From: Nitrospiraceae bacterium | GTDB lineage: Bacteria; Nitrospirota; Nitrospiria; Nitrospirales; Nitrospiraceae | Assembly: GCA_050246315.1 (NCBI GenBank) | Contig: JBFWWG010000001.1 | Span: forward strand, 384,001-448,000 | Length of the DNA: 64,000 nucleotides | Direction of reading: 5' to 3' | Shown here: one piece after another, positions 40,196 through 48,377 of the stretch | How the letters are laid out: every line of letters starts with the position of its first letter | How positions within the stretch are numbered: the first letter of the stretch is position 1 | Notes under the pieces: generated by a model | Seen by the model: the letters and a program-made list of their open reading frames with translations, nothing else | What the model was told of the DNA's origin: nothing | Database searches by the model: none | Made by a program: the position numbers and the translations under genes

Positions 40196-43100
40196 TCAAC
40201 TCCTTTCGATTCCGGCAGATAGATGCTCCGGCTGAGCACGCTCGACTTTCCGCCACTCCTTCGAGGGCAGATAGCGGTAGCACAGCCCGTCGGCGGGCTC
40301 GATCGCGACCAAGTGAACCCACTCGTTATGATAAAAATGCTGCAACACTTCATGACGGGCGATCAGCTTCTCCAGTTTGGCCAGCGGCGCCTCGACGACC
40401 GTGAGAAGACGCATCGGCTCATGATAGGGGATCTGCCCATTCATCACGGTCTGCCAAGCCAACCCGAGACGAAGATCGGACCAGGGGCCGGACATGATGC
40501 CGAGGCGTCCGACCACGTTATGATAGATCTTACTCCCTCCGCCATACACCTCGTTGTCCACAGTCGAGAAATAGTGCTCCATGTTGATCCACTGGGCCAC
40601 CAATTGCGGCCCCGTCAACAAGATTTCGAGCAAACGGGCTGTCGGATCTTCTCGATAGTCGTAGGAATGGAGGAACACGCGACCACCGAGGTGAAGCCCT
40701 TTCGTCAACGTTCGCCGCCCGATGATGAAGGCCGTATTTCCCGAGAGGCCCCATTCCGGTCGAACCTGGCTCCAATCGGCGCTTCGTTCGCGCACATGGG
40801 CCGCCGCCTCCTCGGCCGGGAGCACGGGGTTGCCATCCGGGAGGCGCGAACACCGTTCCTGGCTGGTCAGGCGTGCAGCTTCGCGGAAATCGGCGACCAG
40901 CCGCGCGATATCTTTGCGGTGGGTCGGCGGCACGTCTTCGAGGTCGAATAGCGTGACCTCATCCGTCGTCGTGTCCATCTGGCCGGCCAGAAAATGGGTG
41001 TCCGGCGGAATTTCGATGCCGCGTTTGGCCAGGCGTTCTCGGACCGGCGGTTTGTTCGCCATCGCAGCCAAGACGCGGGCGTTGGGGTTGCCTTCGTTTC
41101 CTCCACAGGCCCCGCAGTCCAAGGCGGACTCGAAGGGGTTGTTGTCTGACGTGCTGCCGTGCGCACAGAAGACGATCAAGCGGGCGAAATTTCTGGTCAA
41201 CCCCATCATCCGAAGCGTCGTTTCCACGGTCACCACTTGCTCGTCGAGCGTGAACCCGGTGCGGGTGATACGCTCCTTTTGCCGCGAGGCGGCCCGGGGG
41301 TTGATACGATAGTCCCGCCGAAGCTCCTCGACAAATCCGGCCAACTGCTCTCTGGAGAGATCCACCGCCCGGGCGGCCTCGCTGAGAAAGGGCTCGACCG
41401 GCGCGTCCGGGTCCAATGCGCGTCTACGCAGGGCTTCGACGAACTCATGATCCATGCGGGAACCGTGGAGGCCGAATCGATCGCGCAACGCTTTCCAGAT
41501 AAGCGCCCGCTGCTCCGCCACGATCATTTCTTCAGTTTCGGACGGAGGCAATTTGTCCACGGTGACGCTCGTGGCAATCGGTGGGACCAAGAGATGCCGT
41601 AACCATCCGGTCGCGCGCTTGTACAACGCTGGGAGCAGTGTCTTGCCGATGAGTGGAAAGCTGTAGAACCAGCCGAGTGATTCGACCATGACATAGGGGG
41701 TCACGACGTTTTCTTTGAGATCGTGCAAGAGCGTGTGACCCGCGTGGATCAGTTTGGCCCGCGATTCGTGCTTGGAGACGAAATGTTCGAAATAACTACG
41801 AGGAATTTCCCGCACTTCATTCTTCGCCCGCATGATGACCGGGAATTGCTCGGTCTCGTGCTCCTTCCCCCATGCTCGATATTTCATGAACACCGCGAAG
41901 AACCCGGCGAAGCCGTAGGTTTCATTCGCCCCGGTCGATTCCAAATGTCGGCGGAACGGCTCCGACCGCACATCGAGGCAATACACGGATTGAGAGTGCG
42001 GCCGCACGGACGGGCCCGAATCGTGGACCGCCCGGTCCTGATTGGCCGCCGCGCGCAGCAACATGCCGAGCAACTGGTCCTGGTAGGAGGCTTCAAATGA
42101 TCTGAGCCAGACCGGTCCATGGAGAGATTCGGGAAAGGCCTCCATCCAGTCCACGAGCTGACGGAGTTCCGCCGGGGCCGCTTCCAGTAGGACGGTCGGG
42201 ACCATCTCCAGGGCCTGTGCAAGCGTGAGCAACCGTCTAGCCATCGACCGCCTTGCGGCTCGGTCATGAAGAGGCCCGACCTCGGCCTGGTAGCGGTTGG
42301 CCAATTCATGCCACGCCTGTTCGGTTTCGCCGATCTCGACCAGTCGATCCACCTGCGCCGCATAGAATGGGAGAAGCCGGCCGCCAACCCGTTCTTTCCG
42401 CAAGAAATACTCATAGGGCCGTTGTCGCATGTAATCGGATATCACGTCGTAGTTGCCAGCGACTCCGAGGTGGTCCCGGCAGGTTTGTTGGACGAGTTCC
42501 CGTACGTACCAGAGGCGGACGGCGAGGAACTTGACCAACCCGACCTCGTAGGCTTCCTGCCAGGCATAGCCGGTGGTTTCAGCTCGCCATTTGATGAAGC
42601 CGGCCCAGCCTGGGAGGGCCGCGAGCTGCAAGGAGAGGTAGTCGAGCCGAAGGGATTCGGGAATCCCAAGTGCTTCCAAGCTGTCGAGCACGGCGTCTTC
42701 CGGATGATCGGGCAGCGCCGAAATTTTTATCCGGCTGTCCACGATTCCGCAGGGCGACCATTCCCTGGCCGCGAGCGCCTTCCATGCCGCGTAAAAGCCC
42801 GCCTCCCGTCCCGGCATTGGCCAGGTGGCGTGGCCTTCGTCCAGGAAGGCCTCGCACCACTTGATCAGCTCTGCGTTGATCTGCGCCCCGATCTGCGTGC
42901 CGAGGGTCTGATCGCACCAGCCTGACAACGTCCGGTAGCGCCCCAAGACCGCTAGGTCTTTCTGGATGTCTCCCGTCATACGATCCTGGAAAGTCGGGGC
43001 GGTCCAGAGAGCCAGATACTCGGCGATGGCCTCGACCTGTTCTTCGCCCGGTCCCTGATCGAGCAGGGCATCGAGCGGCTCATTGGTCGACGCCGACAGT

Positions 43101-43459
43101 CCATGGGTGAGACAGGCGCGCAGTACCTCGTGGTGCGAGATGCGGCAGGGGCCCAGGGTGAGGGACTGGCGCGACGCCAGGGGGTTCAGAGCCTTATCTA
43201 AGTGGTGGAGCTGGATTCGGCCCGAACGGAGGTAGTCGCGATATTGCTCCCCGGAGAGATAGCCCGTGCCTCCCAGATACTGCCGTCCCCGTTGGACCGT
43301 TTCATCGAAGGGCAAATATTCAAGGCTATGCAGCGGGTTGTGGTGGACGAATGTCCGCATCGGCCAATATTGCCCGATGACTTCGCTGGCCAGGCGAATG
43401 GTCCCGCGCAATTCCATGCGACGGATCTCACGATCCGGAGCCGTATTCAGCGGTTCCAT
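40196..43459 (-). CDS. dabA: DUF2309 DIC-pump catalytic subunit (DabA/MpsB)
   Basis: FVHHNPL, LPGWAG, CLDVRSE, GFAGFF, AHGS, LDCGACGG, DWSQVRPEWGL, FLHSYD, HEPMRL. Confidence 0.95.
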   Translation of the reverse strand: MEPLNTAPDREIRRMELRGTIRLASEVIGQYWPMRTFVHHNPLHSLEYLPFDETVQRGRQYLGGTGYLSGEQYRDYLRSGRIQLHHLDKALNPLASRQSLTLGPCRISHHEVLRACLTHGLSASTNEPLDALLDQGPGEEQVEAIAEYLALWTAPTFQDRMTGDIQKDLAVLGRYRTLSGWCDQTLGTQIGAQINAELIKWCEAFLDEGHATWPMPGREAGFYAAWKALAAREWSPCGIVDSRIKISALPDHPEDAVLDSLEALGIPESLRLDYLSLQLAALPGWAGFIKWRAETTGYAWQEAYEVGLVKFLAVRLWYVRELVQQTCRDHLGVAGNYDVISDYMRQRPYEYFLRKERVGGRLLPFYAAQVDRLVEIGETEQAWHELANRYQAEVGPLHDRAARRSMARRLLTLAQALEMVPTVLLEAAPAELRQLVDWMEAFPESLHGPVWLRSFEASYQDQLLGMLLRAAANQDRAVHDSGPSVRPHSQSVYCLDVRSEPFRRHLESTGANETYGFAGFFAVFMKYRAWGKEHETEQFPVIMRAKNEVREIPRSYFEHFVSKHESRAKLIHAGHTLLHDLKENVVTPYVMVESLGWFYSFPLIGKTLLPALYKRATGWLRHLLVPPIATSVTVDKLPPSETEEMIVAEQRALIWKALRDRFGLHGSRMDHEFVEALRRRALDPDAPVEPFLSEAARAVDLSREQLAGFVEELRRDYRINPRAASRQKERITRTGFTLDEQVVTVETTLRMMGLTRNFARLIVFCAHGSTSDNNPFESALDCGACGGNEGNPNARVLAAMANKPPVRERLAKRGIEIPPDTHFLAGQMDTTTDEVTLFDLEDVPPTHRKDIARLVADFREAARLTSQERCSRLPDGNPVLPAEEAAAHVRERSADWSQVRPEWGLSGNTAFIIGRRTLTKGLHLGGRVFLHSYDYREDPTARLLEILLTGPQLVAQWINMEHYFSTVDNEVYGGGSKIYHNVVGRLGIMSGPWSDLRLGLAWQTVMNGQIPYHEPMRLLTVVEAPLAKLEKLIARHEVLQHFYHNEWVHLVAIEPADGLCYRYLPSKEWRKVERAQPEHLSAGIERS

Positions 43460-44751
43460 GCCGATGACTCCAACGAAGAGGAGAACCGATCCGGTGCGGT
43501 ACCCGTGTCGAACCACCTGGACGGCATCACGCCTAAGACGGCCAACAGGACAAGCACCAGGACCAGGGACGCCGCTTCTGTCTCCCGGACGTCCTCGTAG
43601 TGAAGATCGGAGCGAGGCCGACCGAAGAGCAGGCGCTGCATGAGGTCGAGGTAGTACCACGAAGCGGCCAGCCAGACGAGTGCGACGACGACAAACGAAC
43701 CCGGAAGTGTCAGATCCGGATGCAGCATCATGCCCATGAATCCGGAGAACACCCCGAAGGGCGGAAACCCCAACGCGGCCAGGGCCAACAGGGAAAACAG
43801 ACTTGCGAAGCGCGGCATCGGTTGAACCAATCCTCCTAGGGCGCGGAGATCGAGATCACCGTACCGGACTCTAATCACATGCCACCCGAGATGGAGTCCG
43901 CCGGTAGTCAGACCCACGGCTGAAACGAAGAGCGCCGCTTGAGACGGGAGGGAGTCCCCGATGGTTACGTACCACCAAAAAATCGAAAAGAACGCCAGGC
44001 TGGCATGGGCGAGGAGGTGCACCGGTCGAGACTGAGTCAGCGACCGCACCGTGCCGTAGAGCATGCCCGCCAGCGCCAACCAACCGATGCTGTCGCGGGC
44101 CGGCTCCGGGAGAGAGGGAAGCACGGTGAGCAGTTCCGGTAATCCGGCAACGGGTAGCGCCAACGAAAGGTAGGCGGACAGATTGCCCGGCAATCTGGTC
44201 AGGCAGGCCACGTAGCCCGCTTGTAACGGAAACAACGGAATGAGGACCAGGGAGACGAACAAAGCGGCCGGCAGCGAAACCGACTCCGGCGCGATCGCGC
44301 TCACCATCGCGGCAACGGCACCGGCTCCATAGGTCGCCATGCCCCAGGTGGGAGAGGGGGCCGAGTCGGTTCGGATCCTGGCAAGCAGCGCCACGATGAG
44401 CGTCAGCAACAGGCCCAGCAGGAACGACTTTACTGGGTTGGAGGCATTCGCGGTCGCCAGCCCGATCCCCATCAGCACGACCGTCATCAGCCAAGCCGGA
44501 CGGTTATCCCGATGGAGCGGCTGCCCCAGCAGCGAGGCGAACGCTGCCACCGGCAGCAGGCAGAGGAGCGGCATGTTCGAAGGCGGTGAGCTCCTCGCCG
44601 CGGCCGCTCCAATGACGGTCAGCAGGCTGGCGGCTATCGTGAGGAGGAGCCCGGTCTTGAACCCTCGGGGCTTCGACCATGCCAGCGTGCTCAAGAGGGC
44701 CCCGGCCGAGGGGACTGCGAGCAGCAGCCACGGCGTCATCCAAGCATCCAT
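43447..44751 (-). CDS. Second proton-conducting membrane subunit (NuoM/MrpD-like) of the DIC pump
   Basis: Polytopic; PLFPLQ, LGGLVQPMPRFA, LGFPPFGVF; overlaps the dabA start. Confidence 0.8.
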   Translation of the reverse strand: MDAWMTPWLLLAVPSAGALLSTLAWSKPRGFKTGLLLTIAASLLTVIGAAAARSSPPSNMPLLCLLPVAAFASLLGQPLHRDNRPAWLMTVVLMGIGLATANASNPVKSFLLGLLLTLIVALLARIRTDSAPSPTWGMATYGAGAVAAMVSAIAPESVSLPAALFVSLVLIPLFPLQAGYVACLTRLPGNLSAYLSLALPVAGLPELLTVLPSLPEPARDSIGWLALAGMLYGTVRSLTQSRPVHLLAHASLAFFSIFWWYVTIGDSLPSQAALFVSAVGLTTGGLHLGWHVIRVRYGDLDLRALGGLVQPMPRFASLFSLLALAALGFPPFGVFSGFMGMMLHPDLTLPGSFVVVALVWLAASWYYLDLMQRLLFGRPRSDLHYEDVRETEAASLVLVLVLLAVLGVMPSRWFDTGTAPDRFSSSLESSAWNR

Positions 44752-44768
44752 GACAATCTCAATTCTAG

Positions 44769-44866
44769 GGAAGGTCTGATCAATTCAAAATCCTAGGCCG
44801 CGATCCGCCAGATTTCCCGTCTTTTGTACACCTACCAATCGAAATTGGGAATTATTCAGACCTTCC
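44769..44866. mobile_element. 98-bp IS5-type MITE, copy A, with CTAG target duplication
   Basis: Ends GGAAGGTCTGA...TCAGACCTTCC, CTAG on both sides (44765, 44867); identical copy at 63275..63372. Confidence 0.92.
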
Positions 44867-46567
44867 CTAGCCTCGCCGCCCGGCGGCGAGCCGCTCAAAG
44901 CGGGACGCCGCACGCATGATGGCCTGTCCCAGTTTCATATAGACCAGATCCACATACAGTCGGTTCATGAATATCACGTAGAGCGTCGCGAGGAGGCTTT
45001 CCACCCAGGTCGGCATTCGGATCGTGCGGCCGTGCGCCCGCGCATAGAGATAGCCCCAGCCGGAAATCGTCAGCAGGATCATGCCGACCACCATGAGATC
45101 GAAGAGGCGACCCGGCAGCGCCGCCGCCCTAAAGTAGCCGGCGACCTCGTCCGGGTTCGGATAGAGGAAGTGGGTGAAGCTTTCCGCCGCGAATAGATAG
45201 GTGAAGATGACCAGCACCAGGGTCATCAGCATGGCCAGCGACACCTTCCAAGACGCGACCTCATGAATGCGGGTCAGCGAAAGAATAGCCTGCGACGAGG
45301 TCACCCAGATGAAAAACAGAAAAATGACGGTGCCTTGAGATTCGAGGAGGGGAATGCGCAGGATTCCGTGGGTGCCCAGGAGGATCACCAGGGGGAGGAA
45401 CAATGTCGTGAAGAACCCGGTGGACCAGGTCAAGGTCGAGAACGGCCGGTTCTCTTCCTCCTGAGCGGGGTGAGGGAACGAGGGTTCTTGCCGAGCCTTG
45501 TGAATCACGTTGCCGCAGTTGAGAAACACCGTCGCCTTGAAAATCCCGTGGGCGATGAGATGGAACACGGCCAACGAAAACGCGCCAAGGCCGCATTCCA
45601 TGATCATGTAGCCCATCTGTCCGATCGTGGAAAATCCGAGCGTCTTCTTGATGTCGTTCTGCGTCAGCATCATGGTGGCGCCCAGGATCGCCGTGAGCGT
45701 ACCGATGGCGAAGGCCACGTGCAGCGCCGTCGGACTCAGCCCGTACAGCGGCGCCAGCCGATTCATGAGAAAGCCGCCCGCATTGATGATCCCCGCATGG
45801 AGGAGCGCGTGGACCGGGGTGGGCGCATAGAGGGAACTGGGCAGCCACACGTGGATCGGAAACTGCGCCGACTTGCTCATGCCGCCGATGAGGATGAGCA
45901 AAGTCACGGCGGTGGCGCCACCGACTTCCACACCGGGCCAGAACGAGAGCGTGATCGGTGTGGAGGCGGCGCGGGCGAACAGCTCTTGGAATTCGACCGT
46001 CTCGTACAGAGAATAGGCCAGCACAATCCCCACCAGGAACGCCACGTCGCCCACGCGGAGAAACCAAAAGGTCTTGCAGGCGCCGTCGAGCGTGGCGACA
46101 TGCGCATGATTGTGCGCCAACAGAAAGAGCAGCCACGACAGAATCTGCCAAAAGACGAACAGCATGAGGAGATTGGCGCTGGAGACCATGCAGAGCAGCA
46201 CGAAGGTTGCGAAAGCGATCAGACTCATGTATCGACGATAGTGACGATCCTGATACATGTAGCGGCTCGAATAGAGATAGATGATCGTCGAGACCAAACT
46301 GATCAACGTCATCATGACGGCGCTGAGACGGTCGATGAAGAAGCCCAGCGGGAGCGCAATTCCATCGAGGGCAACCGAATCGTACAATCGGACACTCACA
46401 GGCCCCTGCGAGGACACCAGCGCCAACGCCGTGACCGATCCCAGACAGGCCGCCACGATCGGCAGGGCCCCGAGCCTCACGTGCTGCTCTTCCTGCCCGC
46501 GATCGCTGAGCGCGATCAAGATCGCGGACACCAGAGGCAGGAGCGGAACGACAATCAACCACGACAT
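44867..46567 (-). CDS. dabB: NuoL/ND5-like membrane subunit of the DIC pump (DabB/MpsA)
   Basis: IDRLS, KSAQFPIHVWLP, APTPVHALLHAG, STIGQMG, HGIFKA. Confidence 0.93.
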   Translation of the reverse strand: MSWLIVVPLLPLVSAILIALSDRGQEEQHVRLGALPIVAACLGSVTALALVSSQGPVSVRLYDSVALDGIALPLGFFIDRLSAVMMTLISLVSTIIYLYSSRYMYQDRHYRRYMSLIAFATFVLLCMVSSANLLMLFVFWQILSWLLFLLAHNHAHVATLDGACKTFWFLRVGDVAFLVGIVLAYSLYETVEFQELFARAASTPITLSFWPGVEVGGATAVTLLILIGGMSKSAQFPIHVWLPSSLYAPTPVHALLHAGIINAGGFLMNRLAPLYGLSPTALHVAFAIGTLTAILGATMMLTQNDIKKTLGFSTIGQMGYMIMECGLGAFSLAVFHLIAHGIFKATVFLNCGNVIHKARQEPSFPHPAQEEENRPFSTLTWSTGFFTTLFLPLVILLGTHGILRIPLLESQGTVIFLFFIWVTSSQAILSLTRIHEVASWKVSLAMLMTLVLVIFTYLFAAESFTHFLYPNPDEVAGYFRAAALPGRLFDLMVVGMILLTISGWGYLYARAHGRTIRMPTWVESLLATLYVIFMNRLYVDLVYMKLGQAIMRAASRFERLAAGRRG

Positions 46568-46637
46568 CGATGGTCCAAGCTCCCGCTCCGATCGTGCGAC
46601 AGGATTGCGCTATGGCGCGTCATCAGTTCCTAGCCAC

Positions 46638-46885
46638 CTAGCCCGCATTCTGCATGACGGTTTGTCGCGAAAGTGCGCAGTCGCCATTCGTTGGACCGAT
46701 TGCGCGGGAAAGAGCAATGGGTACCCCCGCGCGGAGCCGCCAGGAAGGCAGGCAGACTTGAAACAGTCTGTTGACCCCACCGAGCGGCGAGGCCGCCTGC
46801 CACCATACCGTCGAAGCCGCATGGTGGCTTGTCGCAGCGGCGAAACCGCGATGGCAGTAGAAGCGTTCATGGGTCATGCGGACTC
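46638..46885 (+). mobile_element. Structured non-coding repeat / MITE-like element, copy 4
   Basis: CTAGCCCGCATTCTGCATGACGGTT ... GCAATGGGTACCCCC ... GCAGTAGAAGCGTTCATG shared with copy 2. Confidence 0.85.
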
Positions 46886-46902
46886 CCGAATGCTCGTCCC
46901 GT

Positions 46903-46959
46903 AAAAACACAAAAAGCCAGCTTCCCTCCCCGGTGAAACGGCAGGGCTTGAGCTGGCTT
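46903..46959 (-). terminator. Intrinsic terminator in the dabB leader
   Basis: AAGCCAGCU/AGCUGGCUU stem followed by UUUGUGUUUUU. Confidence 0.8.
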
Positions 46960-47012
46960 GTACTGCGACCGGCCTCTTCAGCGATCAGGAGAGCCGGCTG
47001 CCCTACAACCTC
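46955..47012 (-). ncRNA. Cis-regulatory leader RNA, riboswitch-like (resembles the Na+-I/DUF1646 motif)
   Basis: GGUUGUA-GGGCAGCCGGC...GCCGGUCGCAG-UACAAGCC hairpin whose 3' strand overlaps the terminator; family assignment from recollection only. Confidence 0.6.
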
Positions 47013-47113
47013 ATGGCGATCGGCACGTCGCACGGCTCCTTCCGTCTCGCACCCGATTCCGGAAAGCAGGAGATGGATAGCACCGCCGACCCCATCAATC
47101 GGAAACAGGCACC

Positions 47114-47143
47114 GTTATATTCTTCCATCACTTTCATGGTCAA
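47114..47143 (-). promoter_or_regulatory. Sigma70 promoter of the DAB operon
   Basis: TTGACC-N18-TATAAC, about 100 nt upstream of the leader hairpin. Confidence 0.6.
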
Positions 47144-47289
47144 GAGAGCCCGCCCTTCCTGTGCCCCGACGTGACGGGGTAGTCGCGAGGTAGGGTGGTC
47201 GATCGCCGGGATGCACCATTGTGCTCTCCGGGACGCCTCTGCATAATGCGCGAGATCTCGATTGCCTATGGATTGGAAGGGGATCGGCC

Positions 47290-47673
47290 ATGTCGAATCA
47301 TCAGAAGGGAAGAGGGACGAAAGGCGAGATGGAGGCGGCCGTCAGGAATGCCATTATCAGATTTGAACAGGAATTCATGGGACGGGGACCGGACGATGTT
47401 CGGGCCTTTATCGTTCGAGATATCCTCCTGGTCCGACTGAAGGGGGTGCTCACGCCGGCGGAGCGGCAGCTCGCGAAGACGTCCGACGGGATCAAGATGG
47501 TGAAACAGATGAGACAGAACCTCATCGCCCAGGGGAGGGACCGTTTGTGCGAGCAAGTCGGCGAGATCACTGGCACCAAGACGGTGGCGCTCTTCACGGA
47601 TATCGACACCTTCGTGGGAGAACGGGTCATCGTCTTCACCCTGGACCGTGATCTCGAAACGTCTTTCCAATAG
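47290..47673 (+). CDS. mpsC: DUF2294 / MpsC-family protein
   Basis: TKGEMEAAV, FMGRGP, GVLTPAERQL, LFTDID, GERVIVFTL; divergent from dabB. Confidence 0.9.
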   Translation: MSNHQKGRGTKGEMEAAVRNAIIRFEQEFMGRGPDDVRAFIVRDILLVRLKGVLTPAERQLAKTSDGIKMVKQMRQNLIAQGRDRLCEQVGEITGTKTVALFTDIDTFVGERVIVFTLDRDLETSFQ

Positions 47674-47705
47674 GCCTCGACCGGGATACTAGGCTCAAGA
47701 AGCTC

Positions 47706-47915
47706 CTAGCCCGCGCCCGGATGATTCATGATGATTCGTGACGAAAGGGCGGAGTCGCGTCGCGAGATGGGTGCATGGAGACGTGAAGGTCTGAAGCAGA
47801 CTTGAAATAGTCAGTAGACCGACCGGGCGGCAAGCCCGCCCGGTCGGCTGCCCTTCCGGCGCAGCCAACCGTGTTAATGCGGGTGAGGGCTGCCCGGCCC
47901 GGTTTCGGCAGCGAC
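47706..47915 (+). mobile_element. Divergent copy 5 of the structured repeat (right end unclear)
   Basis: GCCCGGATGATTCATGATGATTCGTGACGAAA, GCATGGAGA, AAGCAGACTTGAAATAGTCAG. Confidence 0.7.
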
Positions 47916-47931
47916 AAAGCGCGAAGGAGCG

Positions 47932-48150
47932 ATGGGAAAACGCATCCGGGCGTATACTATTTCAAATCGAGATTTTTCAGCAGAAGCAGACGCTATTCAA
48001 GAACTGGCTAAGCATCGGCATCTCCGAGCCCTGGTTATCACCTGCTCAGACTCGCGGACCGTTACTGCCAGACTGCGCAAGGCCTTCCTGCATCTGCACG
48101 ACGAGGTCTATTCGATTGCCACGGCGATATCTGGGCCTACGACGCCAAGC
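47932..48150 (+). pseudogene. Beta-carbonic anhydrase pseudogene (frameshifted, internally deleted)
   Basis: AAGGAG RBS then ATG; RALVITCSDSR followed directly by LHLHDEVYSIAT, matching the N- and C-terminal motifs of 86..757. Confidence 0.72.
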
Positions 48151-48377
48151 GCGAGATCTTCGCTTCCTTGGACAAGAAGGTGGCGGGCTGATCGCAGTCG
48201 AGACCCCTTGCACCTGGTTGGATGATGGCGCGGCGTGGTACAACGATCTCGTAGCCGTACTCCTCAAGGGGGAAGACAGGATCGTTGATCATTCCTCCGG
48301 CCGCTTACTCAAGGGCTCGAAGGTTCGTACCAATTTGACACAACGTCGAGCGCAGTCCTGTTTGATCGAACGACACC

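Noticed and set aside
47942..47951. CATCCGGGCG as the right terminal repeat of element copy 5
   Set aside because: It complements the left end but lies inside the first codons of the CA pseudogene and lacks the TCATGA core, so it may be coincidence
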